Assembly: GCA_021734445.1 (NCBI GenBank)
Contig: JAIPIY010000001.1
Location: 110,814-174,813, forward strand
From: Minisyncoccota bacterium
GTDB lineage: Bacteria > Patescibacteriota > Minisyncoccia > Phycocordibacterales > UBA1006
Reading direction: 5' to 3'
DNA length: 64,000 bases
The position numbers and the translations under genes are program-made. This document shows, in pieces, positions 18,784 through 28,503 of this stretch. Position 1 is the stretch's first letter. Each line of letters starts with the position of its first letter. The notes under the pieces are model-generated. The model had not been told where the DNA came from. It saw nothing but the letters and a program-made list of their open reading frames with translations, and ran no database searches.

Positions 18784-19452
18784 TTACGCATCCCCTTCTA
18801 TCTCTTGCCCAACAATATATGTGCACCCTTGGTTGCCTACAATAGCACCGTGCTCAACACCGACAGGAACATCGAATCTTTCCCATTTTGAAACAGTCTT
18901 GTTTATTCCTCCAGAAAAGGTTACCGATCCATCGACAACGAAAAATGATACTCTACCTTGGTGTTTATGGTTTTCATATAGTGTATTTGGTGCGTCGGTC
19001 CATTCGTAGACAATCGGGAAACCTTCAGTTGTCAGAATTTTTTTCAAATACTCATTCCAGATGACAGGTTTATTTTTCCAATACTTTTTTATATGACTAA
19101 ATGATTTTCTTTTGTTGAGATAATCCAAATCAAACATATTATTGTATGCTTCTTGTTCCGTAGAACGTAATAGATATCCCTCCATTCCATATTTACCTTT
19201 TGTGCACAAAATATAAAAATATTCAAAAATATGAAATATCCAACCACCTATAATAAACATTTCTTTTTGTTGGGCAAAGTGAATCAACTCATGATTGATG
19301 AAATAGGGTCTCATCTTTGGGTGGATTTTATTTGTTGTTATAAGAAAAGGATAAAAAGCAGCAGCTTTTGCGTTGCCATGAGTTCCAGTTAATTTGCTGT
19401 ACCAATACAATAATGTATCTGCTTTTATTTCAATATGCCAAATATTTTTCAT
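18784..19452 (-). CDS. Hypothetical protein with an HExxH-type motif (NHELIHFAQQ) and a C-terminal cupin-like region.
   Basis: Motif seen in the translation; function unknown. Confidence 0.4.
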   Translation of the reverse strand: MKNIWHIEIKADTLLYWYSKLTGTHGNAKAAAFYPFLITTNKIHPKMRPYFINHELIHFAQQKEMFIIGGWIFHIFEYFYILCTKGKYGMEGYLLRSTEQEAYNNMFDLDYLNKRKSFSHIKKYWKNKPVIWNEYLKKILTTEGFPIVYEWTDAPNTLYENHKHQGRVSFFVVDGSVTFSGGINKTVSKWERFDVPVGVEHGAIVGNQGCTYIVGQEIEGDA

Positions 19453-20198
19453 ATTTTTTTACAAACAAAAATAAATGTTGCTGGAATCTTATTTGCTTTC
19501 TCTATTGAATAATATTTTTGTGGGTCCCAATATCTTTCTTCATTTGTCTTTGGTTTTGGTTCATAGTACCCAACAACCTCAAAACCAGTCTCTCTAAGTA
19601 ACTTAAACCAGGTTGCGGTTTTGCGATATGTGATATGGGCATCAACACCTCTTTCTTTCCAATTTCTAAGTGTCACTAATTCTTCATCATGATATGAATA
19701 TTCTACAACATATTGACCTTCTTTGTATTGAACATCAGTAAAAATCGTATGATCCCAACTCCAAATAAAAGTCCCACCTGTTTTAAGATAAGCATGAATA
19801 TTTCCAAATGTAACTTTTGGATTTGTTGTCCATCCAATACCATAAACAGAAAATACAACATCTACTGGATCAATATTCAGTTTGTCTTCCATGGCTCCTT
19901 TAAAAACTTCAACTTTCCCAAGTTCTATTCCTTCTTCGTTGAATTTTCGAGCTTCTTCTATTTGAGAGGCCGAGAGATCAAGGGCATGAACTTTTTCAGA
20001 CCCGTTGTCTGTCAGATATTTTATTGAACGACCACTACCACAACCAATTTCAAGAAATCTTTTTCCTTTTATTTCTGGAATTAGATTTAAATCATCACCA
20101 ACTCCAAAAGGGCCCCACACAGGCAAATGACTTGCTTCCATGAAAAGATTTGCTACCACATCCCATGTTTTTTCATTTTCTTGAATGATATGCTTCAT
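19449..20198 (-). CDS. Class I SAM-dependent methyltransferase.
   Basis: FLEIGCGSGRSIKYL motif I; 4-nt overlap with its neighbours. Confidence 0.7.
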   Translation of the reverse strand: MKHIIQENEKTWDVVANLFMEASHLPVWGPFGVGDDLNLIPEIKGKRFLEIGCGSGRSIKYLTDNGSEKVHALDLSASQIEEARKFNEEGIELGKVEVFKGAMEDKLNIDPVDVVFSVYGIGWTTNPKVTFGNIHAYLKTGGTFIWSWDHTIFTDVQYKEGQYVVEYSYHDEELVTLRNWKERGVDAHITYRKTATWFKLLRETGFEVVGYYEPKPKTNEERYWDPQKYYSIEKANKIPATFIFVCKKI

Positions 20199-20632
20199 AA
20201 TTTTTTCTTACGATTAACTCGATCTGCTAATGGTCTATGTTTACGATAATATTTTCTCCACGTTGGATATAATAAAAAGATAACAACTCCAGCCAATGCT
20301 GACCACGCTCCCAATAATACAAAATACCCGAACCAAAGAACTTCTTTTATAAGGAAATTTTGCCCCAGTTTTGAATAACATTCTACGGTAACCGTGTGCA
20401 GTCCATCTCTGATAGCTCTTTCTGCTTCTGCCTCTTGTAGTCTTTCGCTGATGATCGTGTGCTTAAAGGTAAAAAATACTGCTAAAACACCAATCCATTC
20501 TATGGGACCTTTTCCAGCAAAAATACCTACTAGTATCAACGAAATTAATACCACCCCCTCTTCTATGTGGTAGGTGCGAATTTTTGGATGAAGTTTTTTT
20601 ATCCTGTCGATTATTTTTAAAATGAATTTCAT
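20195..20632 (-). CDS. Small membrane protein, hypothetical.
   Basis: 3 TM segments. Start moved to the internal ATG (MKFILKII) to avoid a 65-nt overlap. Confidence 0.4.
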   Translation of the reverse strand: MKFILKIIDRIKKLHPKIRTYHIEEGVVLISLILVGIFAGKGPIEWIGVLAVFFTFKHTIISERLQEAEAERAIRDGLHTVTVECYSKLGQNFLIKEVLWFGYFVLLGAWSALAGVVIFLLYPTWRKYYRKHRPLADRVNRKKKL

Positions 20633-20633
20633 A

Positions 20634-21074
20634 CTATTTTTTCCAAGGCAAAATATACTTTTGACTTGGGTTAGACTCTCTATTGTCGAACAGGGCAAAG
20701 TTTTCTACAGCAACCTTATAAAAACCAGGAATCTCAAGGATTTTTTCATCTTTATTTAATTGATTTTTAAAGAGATGATAAACCTTACTGCCCTTGGTTA
20801 TGTTGTTTAACAATTCAGCACCACCTTCAAAATAAACCCCTCTTACCTTTGACCCCAAAGTGTGCTGAGCGACAATATTACCAGCAACAAATTGATTGCT
20901 CTTTATTTCCTTGCTATGCCGACGATCTAATTTTGAATGAAAATAAATATTCAAATCATCATCATATACAAAATGCACTTCACAAACCCAAGGCTTGTTA
21001 TTTACACATGTTGCAAGAGACATATGACAAATCTCTTTTAAACATTCTCTGATTGCTTTTTCTACATCCAACAT
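20634..21074 (-). CDS. Pyridoxamine 5'-phosphate oxidase-like FMN-binding protein.
   Basis: MSLATCVNNKPWVCEVHFVYDDD ... split-barrel signature. Confidence 0.5.
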   Translation of the reverse strand: MLDVEKAIRECLKEICHMSLATCVNNKPWVCEVHFVYDDDLNIYFHSKLDRRHSKEIKSNQFVAGNIVAQHTLGSKVRGVYFEGGAELLNNITKGSKVYHLFKNQLNKDEKILEIPGFYKVAVENFALFDNRESNPSQKYILPWKK

Positions 21075-21079
21075 ATGTA

Positions 21080-21658
21080 TTATGATTTCAAAATTAATTC
21101 TAATAATTCTGGAAATTCTTTTGTACCTAAATCTGGCTCAGTAAAATGCCCCTTGTCGCTAAATACATGCATGATTATATTGGGTAATTCTTTTTGAATT
21201 CTATCCACTGAATCAAGAATATTTTGTTCATCATCAGTTGAATACATGCAATGCAATTCTATTCTTTCGGACAATGTCGGATCAATAGTAAAATCAAAAT
21301 AATCAGAATCCGGATTTAATCCTTTCAAATACCCTTCAGGATCTAACCATGGTGCAACAAGAATAACCTTCTTTGGTGATAATTCAGAGTGCTCAGATAA
21401 GTAACGTAGCAAAAATCCCCCACCACAACTGTGCCCCGCTAAAATAGTTTCATCTGAAATTTCCATTTGATTCAAAACCTGTTCATGTTCCACATACACA
21501 GGGTCATATGATCGGGGCATTTCCGGGGCCTGAGACAATATACCCTGCTGTGTTAATTGCTGTTGTATCCAAGGAAACCAGTGTGCAGCTGATGACAAGA
21601 TGCCATTCAAAACCTCTTCTTTGTCTGGCAATCCATGAATGAGTATTACTTGTTTCAT
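21080..21658 (-). CDS. Alpha/beta hydrolase (YdeN/RBBP9-like serine hydrolase).
   Basis: GHSCGGGFLLRYL nucleophile elbow; 192 aa. Confidence 0.6.
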   Translation of the reverse strand: MKQVILIHGLPDKEEVLNGILSSAAHWFPWIQQQLTQQGILSQAPEMPRSYDPVYVEHEQVLNQMEISDETILAGHSCGGGFLLRYLSEHSELSPKKVILVAPWLDPEGYLKGLNPDSDYFDFTIDPTLSERIELHCMYSTDDEQNILDSVDRIQKELPNIIMHVFSDKGHFTEPDLGTKEFPELLELILKS

Positions 21659-21661
21659 AAA

Positions 21662-22417
21662 TTATTTCTCATCTCCTACAAAATAATAAACCTTCCACTC
21701 ATCAAAGATATCTTTATATCCTTGCTCAATAAATAATTTTTTAACAGCTTTATAGATTTTTGCTTGTGTTTCAAAATTTCCAGTTCGTGAAATTTCCAGA
21801 TAATCAGCAATAAATTCTTCTACATCAAAAGGTAAAAATTTCAACGGATGATTTTTCAATTCCCATTCAAAATATTTATTATATGGTTTAACTCTTCCTT
21901 CTAATGCATACAAAGCTGCCATAAGAAAAGGCAGAGATTCTACCGCGTCCAGATACCCCGCCATATCTTTTCCATCTCGATAATATTTTGCAGAACGGTA
22001 TACTTCGTTAATGTATGCATCAAGAGAATCTTTAATAACTGACGCTTTTACGTTTTCAGGTAATAACCCCTTTTCTTCCATGATTTTTTCTATTTCTCCT
22101 GTTTTATCAATAATTGGTTTATTGTGTGCAAAATTATATCTATCCCATTCATGACTACCACCCCAAGTTGCGTGATTTTTTAATTCAGTTATATGCATAA
22201 CTCTTATTTCAACCCAACTTGATACATAGCTTTCCATTTTTTCTTTTACTTCTTTTGGTGCTGAATCAGACAAAATCACATAAATATCCATATCTGAATT
22301 TTCTGTGATAAAGTCATCACTTTTCCCCCGTGAACCACCCCAAAACAACCCGATGATATGTTCATTTTCGGTACAATCTTTCAAGACAGATTGATATTTT
22401 TGCTCTAGATTTTCCAT
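21662..22417 (-). CDS. Nucleotidyltransferase-domain protein (ANT/LinB-like).
   Basis: GLFWGGSRGKSDDFITENSDMDIYVIL (GS ... DxD) motif. Confidence 0.5.
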   Translation of the reverse strand: MENLEQKYQSVLKDCTENEHIIGLFWGGSRGKSDDFITENSDMDIYVILSDSAPKEVKEKMESYVSSWVEIRVMHITELKNHATWGGSHEWDRYNFAHNKPIIDKTGEIEKIMEEKGLLPENVKASVIKDSLDAYINEVYRSAKYYRDGKDMAGYLDAVESLPFLMAALYALEGRVKPYNKYFEWELKNHPLKFLPFDVEEFIADYLEISRTGNFETQAKIYKAVKKLFIEQGYKDIFDEWKVYYFVGDEK

Positions 22418-22491
22418 AAATTCATAGTATCATTTTTGCTCTTTTTTTCATAGAAACAATCTCCTTTCCCTTTTATGCAAAATCATTTATA

Positions 22492-22896
22492 GTGTATTTC
22501 ATGAAAAAAGATTCTCTCACCATAACCTTTTTACGAAGCCCAGAAATGGAACAGCGATATTTAGAACAACGAAGATTGCGGACAAAACATCCAGAATTAT
22601 ATCCACCATTTTCTCCTACAGAAAAAGATGCACTAAAAGTTTTTGATTATTGGATAATTATTCCAAATGAATTTCCTTATGATGCAGTGGCAGAACAACA
22701 TGACATGCTATTTACGCGAAGAGTCGTGGCATTTGATTGGGACCTTTTGACCCCCCAAGAATTACATGAACTACAAGAATTAAAGAAATCCTACATAGCA
22801 GATACGTATGATGTATTATATGAAAATCTTCCCCGAGGACGAACCGTTCCCGGTCATTTTCATCTTCATCTCTTGAAATTACGCAGATCTGTATAA
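22492..22896 (+). CDS. HIT-like protein (GHFHLHLL histidine triad).
   Basis: Triad motif near the C-terminus; divergent from the nucleotidyltransferase gene. Confidence 0.45.
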   Translation: MYFMKKDSLTITFLRSPEMEQRYLEQRRLRTKHPELYPPFSPTEKDALKVFDYWIIIPNEFPYDAVAEQHDMLFTRRVVAFDWDLLTPQELHELQELKKSYIADTYDVLYENLPRGRTVPGHFHLHLLKLRRSV

Positions 22897-23103
22897 AAAA
22901 AGCCCCTCCACCTTTACGATGGGGGGCCGAAGCTTGTTCTGGTTTTATTGAAGCCTACCTGGAGGGCCGTTAACCCTCTGTTAGCGAAATGACTGCTTCC
23001 AAGCCAAGCAATCAGGCAGTACCAATACCGAAGAACACCTTTCTGATTGAAAATATACCATATTAATGTATCTTTTTCAACGGATAATTATACAGTCTGA
23101 CTA

Positions 23104-23499
23104 CTATATAAAATCAACTGTAAAATTATACATTCCCATACTACAAAGCCCCTGCATGGTACCCGCCTCGGGAATAGCTAAATCAATAATCTCTTCTCCT
23201 GTTTGGGGTAACATTTTCTGATAACCTATTGATTTTATAACCAAAGCAGAAGAACAATCATATGTTTTATTTGTTTTAACAATTAATTTTGTTGGAATAC
23301 CCGCCTGTGCTATAGATACGCTGGGTGAATACCCTCCTTTTGCATATACGGTGACATATTGAATTCCATCTTTTATTTCAACATTCTCAATAGGTTGATC
23401 ATTACTGAATTCAGGATTATTTTTGGGTTCCATAAAAAAGACAATACCAATTCCGATACAAATAGCAATCGTGATAATAATTGAAGCAGTTTTATTCAT
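23104..23499 (-). CDS. Small secreted/membrane-anchored protein in the copper cluster (putative metal-binding).
   Basis: N-terminal TM (IIITIAICIGIGIVFF). Start moved to MNKTAS. Last gene of the csoR-copA operon. Confidence 0.4.
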   Translation of the reverse strand: MNKTASIIITIAICIGIGIVFFMEPKNNPEFSNDQPIENVEIKDGIQYVTVYAKGGYSPSVSIAQAGIPTKLIVKTNKTYDCSSALVIKSIGYQKMLPQTGEEIIDLAIPEAGTMQGLCSMGMYNFTVDFI

Positions 23500-23506
23500 A
23501 GTGTAA

Positions 23507-24535
23507 TTATATAGTAAATAATGGACTAATAATACCCAACCCCGCAAGACCTGAAAGAAGTGCAAACAATCCCAACCCAATCACGACAATACCCGCTGTT
23601 TTAAAAAACAAAGGAGCATGTTTTCCATGAGCAAACGAAGCTGACCCAAATGACAAAAATGCCAGCATGGGTAATGTTCCCAAAGCAAATGCAAACATAA
23701 TGAAAAATCCTGACGTAAATGACCCACTGCTGATGGCTGACACCTGCATTGATTGTGTAAAACCACATGGCAAGAAAAATGTAGCGAAACCAATAATTAA
23801 TGGTGTCAGTGTTTTATGTTCAATCTTTCTAAAAAAGTTAAACATACCTGAACCGAACGTAAGCTTGTTTTTTGCAAATATTCCCACAAGATTTAATCCC
23901 AGCAACAACATTACCAAAGAAGCAACAATTCCCAATAGAGCTGCCAAAGTAAAATTCATACCAATTACACCACCAATCATTCCCAATACCCCACCCAATA
24001 CTGCAAAACTAACCAATCTTCCTGTATGAAATAATACAAGAGTTTTTGTATCACTAATATCATCCTGTGAAATTTTTGCGGAAAGAGACAAAACCAATCC
24101 ACCAACAATTGCCAGACAGCTTGATACCGATGCAATCAAACCAATAATGAAACTGGTTACCGGAGTTATTTGTTCTCCAATACCAACATTGAGAACACCT
24201 GATTTTTGAAGGAGAAAAAATAACAAGAGAAATCCAAAACCCAAAGGTAAAGCTTTCCATAGTATATCGTTATTTGTCTGTCCCGCAGGCAGATTTTGTT
24301 TTTCTTGTGATTTTTTATCTACTGATACAACATATCCATGAGATTTAATTTTTGTTGTCAGAATTGTTGCAAAATCTTCTGGATTTTGATTGTCACTGGT
24401 TTCAATTTTCAAGGTTTCATTTTTGAGATCAACGTACGCACTTTGAATACCATCTTGTTCTTGTACAATATCTTCGATAAAAATTTTACAAGATGGACAA
24501 TGGGTGCCAGAAACGTGAAATGTGTATGTCTTCAT
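23507..24535 (-). CDS. HMA (heavy-metal-associated) domain fused to a CcdA/DsbD-like transmembrane domain.
   Basis: N-terminal GTHCPSCK metal-binding motif. TM region has SSCLAIVGG and FFLPCGFTQS Cys motifs. Start moved to MKTYTFHV. Confidence 0.5.
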   Translation of the reverse strand: MKTYTFHVSGTHCPSCKIFIEDIVQEQDGIQSAYVDLKNETLKIETSDNQNPEDFATILTTKIKSHGYVVSVDKKSQEKQNLPAGQTNNDILWKALPLGFGFLLLFFLLQKSGVLNVGIGEQITPVTSFIIGLIASVSSCLAIVGGLVLSLSAKISQDDISDTKTLVLFHTGRLVSFAVLGGVLGMIGGVIGMNFTLAALLGIVASLVMLLLGLNLVGIFAKNKLTFGSGMFNFFRKIEHKTLTPLIIGFATFFLPCGFTQSMQVSAISSGSFTSGFFIMFAFALGTLPMLAFLSFGSASFAHGKHAPLFFKTAGIVVIGLGLFALLSGLAGLGIISPLFTI

Positions 24536-24539
24536 ATAA

Positions 24540-26834
24540 TTATAATTTTTTAGACTTAATTCGTAATGAATTACCCACAACAGACACTGACGACATCGCC
24601 ATAGCAAATCCTGCAAAAATTGGATTTAATACCCACCCAAAGATAGGATAAAAAGCTCCCGCTGCAAGAGGAATCCCCACGATGTTATAAATGAATGCCC
24701 AAAAAAGATTTTGTTTGATGCCTCGCATGGTTATGTTCGATAAATTAATTGCCTTGGCAAGCTTTGAAATATCTCCACCCAACAAGGTAATTCCAGCCGA
24801 TTCTATCGCTACATCTGTTCCCGTACCCATAGCAATACCCACATTTGCCTGGGCCAGTGCAGGTGCATCATTTACACCATCTCCAGCCATTGCAACGATT
24901 CGACCCTGTGATTGTAATTCTTTTATTTTTGCTAATTTATCTTGTGGCAATACATGGGCAATCACATCATCAATACCAACCAATGATGCCATATGTTTTG
25001 CGGCTTTTTCATCATCACCTGTAAGCATAATAACCGTGATGCCCAGTTTATGCAGATCAGCGACAGCCTGTTTTGATTCAGGCTTTATTTCATCAGCCAC
25101 CATCACAAAACCAAGAACTGCATCTTTGGTTGCAAGAATAACAGGAGTTTTTCCCTGCATAGTATATTGATCTAACTGCGTAGTATCGAAATTAATCCCA
25201 AGATCTGCAATCAGTTTTGCATTACCTACAAAATATTCAGTATTGTTTATTGTTCCTTTTAATCCCTTGCCCTGGATACCTTCAAAGTTTGAAATTTCTT
25301 TTGCTTCTATATTCTTGCCACTCGCATAATTCACAATAGCGTGCGCAATTGGGTGTTCTGATTTTTTCTCAAGAGATGCTAATACAGAAATCATTTCTTC
25401 GTCTGTTATTGTTGAAAAATTTTGTATATCAACCAGCGTTGGTTTTCCTTTGGTGATTGTTCCTGTTTTATCAACAACGACCGTATTTACCTTGTGAAGT
25501 TTTTCCAGGGTTGCAGCATCTTTTATGAGAATTCCTTCTTTTGCTCCCTTGCCGACACCTACGATAATAGCGGTTGGAGTAGCCAACCCCAAAGCACATG
25601 GACACGCAATAACTAATATTCCAACAAATGACACCAATCCAAACGAAAGAGCTTCAGAAAATCCCAAATACTGCGACCCAACCACAAGCCACACCCCCAG
25701 CGTAAGAAAGGCAAACCCTATCACAATAGGTACAAATACTGCAGAAATTTTATCAGCCAATGCCTGAATAGGAGCCTTGCTACCCTGAGCTTCTTCTACC
25801 ATATGAATAATCTGTGCCAAGAGTGTTTCTAATCCAACTTTTGTTGCTTTGAATACAAATGATCCACTGGTATTCATCGTTCCTGATACAACACTGTCAC
25901 CGATTTTTTTCTGCACAGGCATTGGTTCTCCGGTAACCATGGATTCATCAATAAAAGAATCACCATCAGTAATAACACCATCAACTGGTATTTTTGCACC
26001 CGGTTTCATAATAATCAAATCACCATGTTTGACATCATTCACTGAAATTTCAACCTCTTTACCATCTCGCATCACAAGAGCAGTTTTTGCCTGCAAATTA
26101 AGAAGTTTTTCAATAGCATCTCCTGTTTTTATTTTTGAACGCATTTCAAGATATTTCCCCAAAGCAATAAAAGTAATCACCACAATCGTTACATCGTAAT
26201 ATTGATAGGTCACATTGATAAAAGGTTCTAACAGTTCTTCAAAGGCGCTGACAACAAAACTATAGAGAAAAGCAGCAACTGTCCCAATACCAACCAGTGT
26301 ATCCATGTTCGCCTTGCCATAACGAAGAAATCTATGTAATCCCAGTAAATACGGTTTACCCACAACAAAGAGAATATACGTTGCAAATATTGGTAACAGA
26401 TGATGCATGAATGTAGACACTACAGAACCCATCATCGGAAGGTTTGTAAACTGTGGCAATATTTCCCACACCATAAAAATTACCGAAATAAAAGCAAGGG
26501 GTAATGCTGAAAACACCATTGTACGCATATCGGCTACTTCTGCCAATTTTTCTGCTTTGGATTGATTCAATCCTAAATGCGCAGCGTGTTCATCTTCGCT
26601 CATACCCATTTGACTTGCTGTAGCTGGAATATCCAAAGAATATCCAAGAGGTTCAATGTGTTTGGAAAGATCATGAGGGTTTGTTTTTAATGGATCAAAA
26701 GAAACTTTTGCTTTTTCTGTGCCATAGTTTACTTCTGCCAATTCCACTCCATCAATTTTTTTAAAGGTTTTTTCAATAATCGACGAACAAGAAGCGCAAT
26801 GCATTCCTTTTATGTTATATGTTTGTGTGTGCAT
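24540..26834 (-). CDS. copA: Copper-translocating P1B-type ATPase.
   Basis: N-terminal HMA GMHCASCS, CPC motif ACPCALGLATP, DKTGTIT phosphorylation site, GDGVNDAP hinge. Confidence 0.9.
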   Translation of the reverse strand: MHTQTYNIKGMHCASCSSIIEKTFKKIDGVELAEVNYGTEKAKVSFDPLKTNPHDLSKHIEPLGYSLDIPATASQMGMSEDEHAAHLGLNQSKAEKLAEVADMRTMVFSALPLAFISVIFMVWEILPQFTNLPMMGSVVSTFMHHLLPIFATYILFVVGKPYLLGLHRFLRYGKANMDTLVGIGTVAAFLYSFVVSAFEELLEPFINVTYQYYDVTIVVITFIALGKYLEMRSKIKTGDAIEKLLNLQAKTALVMRDGKEVEISVNDVKHGDLIIMKPGAKIPVDGVITDGDSFIDESMVTGEPMPVQKKIGDSVVSGTMNTSGSFVFKATKVGLETLLAQIIHMVEEAQGSKAPIQALADKISAVFVPIVIGFAFLTLGVWLVVGSQYLGFSEALSFGLVSFVGILVIACPCALGLATPTAIIVGVGKGAKEGILIKDAATLEKLHKVNTVVVDKTGTITKGKPTLVDIQNFSTITDEEMISVLASLEKKSEHPIAHAIVNYASGKNIEAKEISNFEGIQGKGLKGTINNTEYFVGNAKLIADLGINFDTTQLDQYTMQGKTPVILATKDAVLGFVMVADEIKPESKQAVADLHKLGITVIMLTGDDEKAAKHMASLVGIDDVIAHVLPQDKLAKIKELQSQGRIVAMAGDGVNDAPALAQANVGIAMGTGTDVAIESAGITLLGGDISKLAKAINLSNITMRGIKQNLFWAFIYNIVGIPLAAGAFYPIFGWVLNPIFAGFAMAMSSVSVVGNSLRIKSKKL

Positions 26835-26835
26835 A

Positions 26836-27102
26836 TTATTTTCTCTTTAATTTATATACTTTAATAATTTCATCTTTTGCTTTTTGCCCTTGACCCGAAG
26901 TAATCTGATTAATAACACAATGACCAAGATGATTTTCCAAAAGCATATCTTCGACATTAGAGATGCCTTGCTTTACTGCAGATGTTTGTGTAATAACATC
27001 AATACAATAAGTATCATTTTCTACCATCTTTTGTAATCCACGAATTTGACCTTCTATTAATTTTAAACGCCGAATAATGTTTGGTTTGGTGTCATGTTTC
27101 AT
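26836..27102 (-). CDS. csoR: CsoR/RcnR-family metal-sensing repressor.
   Basis: MKHDTKPNIIRRLKLIEGQIRGLQKMVENDTYCIDVITQ ... HLGHCV. The start is moved to MKHD because the ORF-track N-terminal extension covers the operator palindrome. Confidence 0.8.
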   Translation of the reverse strand: MKHDTKPNIIRRLKLIEGQIRGLQKMVENDTYCIDVITQTSAVKQGISNVEDMLLENHLGHCVINQITSGQGQKAKDEIIKVYKLKRK

Positions 27103-27112
27103 ACTGGTAGTA

Positions 27113-27132
27113 TATACCCCCATGGGGGTATA
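27113..27132. promoter_or_regulatory. Perfect 20-bp palindrome TATACCCCCATGGGGGTATA, a putative CsoR operator 10 nt upstream of the csoR start.
   Basis: Self-complementary sequence read directly. It matches the G/C-tract inverted repeat of known CsoR operators. Confidence 0.7.
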
Positions 27133-27234
27133 GTCAAGCATCATCAAATTTATTATAAAATTGTCTATCTGAACAGAATCCCTCGATGTATCTTTTACCC
27201 TTAATCTTTGCTAGAATGCGATTACAAAACACCT

Positions 27235-28500
27235 ATGAATACAAGTACCAAAAACACCATATATGACGTTATTGTTGTCGGAGGCGGAGCATCAGGTATG
27301 ATGGCTGCTGGATCTGCTGGTACCACAGGGAAAAAGGTACTCTTGATCGAGAAAAACAAAAACCTGGGGGAAAAACTGAAAATCACCGGGGGTGGCAGAT
27401 GTAATATCACCAATGCTGAATATGATGAACATGCACTGTTATCACACTATGGCGAGGCAAATCAATATCTGTATTCCCCTTTTTCTCAATTTGGAGTCAA
27501 AGATACGTTTTCATTTTTTAAAAATCTTGATCTTGATATCGTTGTCGAAGCCAGAAAACGCGCATTCCCTGCTACACAAAAAGCTGTTGATGTATACAAT
27601 GCAATGGCAAAATTTGTAGAAAAAAATAATGTTGAAATTACTACTAATTCCCCTATTGTAAAAATCCATACTGAAAATAATTTGATTCAATATATAGAAG
27701 ACAAATATGGTAAACGACACTATGCAAAAAATTACATCTTTGCAACGGGTGGATATTCACGCCCAGAAACAGGATCAACCGGCGATGGATTTCATTGGTT
27801 ATCAGATTTAGGACACACTGTACACAAGCCAACCCCATCTATTGTTCCATTACAAACAAAAGAACCCTGGGTTGCAGATATTTCTGGTGTATCGTTATCA
27901 TTCATGAAAATTACTTTTTTTGTAGATAATAAAAAAGCTTTTGCGAAAAAGGGGAAAATTTTGTTTACCCATTTTGGTCTGTCATCCCCATTAATTCTCA
28001 ATTCCTCGAAACAAGTTGGAGATTTATTGCACACCGGCGAAGTAACTGCAACCATCGACATGTATCCCGATACTGATATTGGATCTTTGGACAAACAACT
28101 GATAAAAACATTTGATCAGAACAAAAATAAATCTTTTAAAAATATCGCAAAAGAAATCACCCCAACGGGCATGCATGCACTGGTTATTAAATTATTATCT
28201 GAACAATTTGATACGGATAAAAAAGTCCACAGCATCACCAAAGAAGAACGCCGAATGATTATCGATTTATTAAAAGGCCTTCAGGTAACCATTGTAGGAT
28301 TAATGGGTTTTGACCGCGCTGTTATTGCAGATGGTGGAATTCCCATGTCAGAAATAGATACACGTACCATGCAATCAAAAAAAATTTCTAATCTATTTTT
28401 AACCGGAGATTTATTGCACGTAAACCGCCCATCGGGTGGATATTCCCTGCAGCTGTGTTGGACAACAGGACATGTCGCCGGAAAATCCGCATCTTTGTAA
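27235..28500 (+). CDS. FAD-dependent flavoprotein, HI0933/BaiN-like family.
   Basis: DVIVVGGGASGMMAAG dinucleotide-binding motif. Start moved to MNTSTKN. Confidence 0.65.
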   Translation: MNTSTKNTIYDVIVVGGGASGMMAAGSAGTTGKKVLLIEKNKNLGEKLKITGGGRCNITNAEYDEHALLSHYGEANQYLYSPFSQFGVKDTFSFFKNLDLDIVVEARKRAFPATQKAVDVYNAMAKFVEKNNVEITTNSPIVKIHTENNLIQYIEDKYGKRHYAKNYIFATGGYSRPETGSTGDGFHWLSDLGHTVHKPTPSIVPLQTKEPWVADISGVSLSFMKITFFVDNKKAFAKKGKILFTHFGLSSPLILNSSKQVGDLLHTGEVTATIDMYPDTDIGSLDKQLIKTFDQNKNKSFKNIAKEITPTGMHALVIKLLSEQFDTDKKVHSITKEERRMIIDLLKGLQVTIVGLMGFDRAVIADGGIPMSEIDTRTMQSKKISNLFLTGDLLHVNRPSGGYSLQLCWTTGHVAGKSASL

Positions 28501-28503
28501 AAA

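Noticed and set aside
22897-23103. Tentative SRP (4.5S) RNA assignment for the GC-rich spacer.
   Set aside because: The conserved domain IV sequence (GGAAGCAGCCAAGGCAG-like) is not present in recognisable form. It is downgraded to an unclassified structured region.
24691-26199. Several 80-160-aa plus-strand ORFs inside copA, and similar antisense ORFs inside fusA, tuf, rplB-rplD and the giant genes.
   Set aside because: They are antisense to strongly supported genes with clear catalytic motifs. They are typical shadow ORFs of an AT-rich genome.
27103-27147. N-terminal 15-codon extension of the csoR ORF (MMMLDYTPMGVYTTS).
   Set aside because: It is encoded by the operator palindrome itself. 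The conserved CsoR N-terminus begins at the next ATG (27102).
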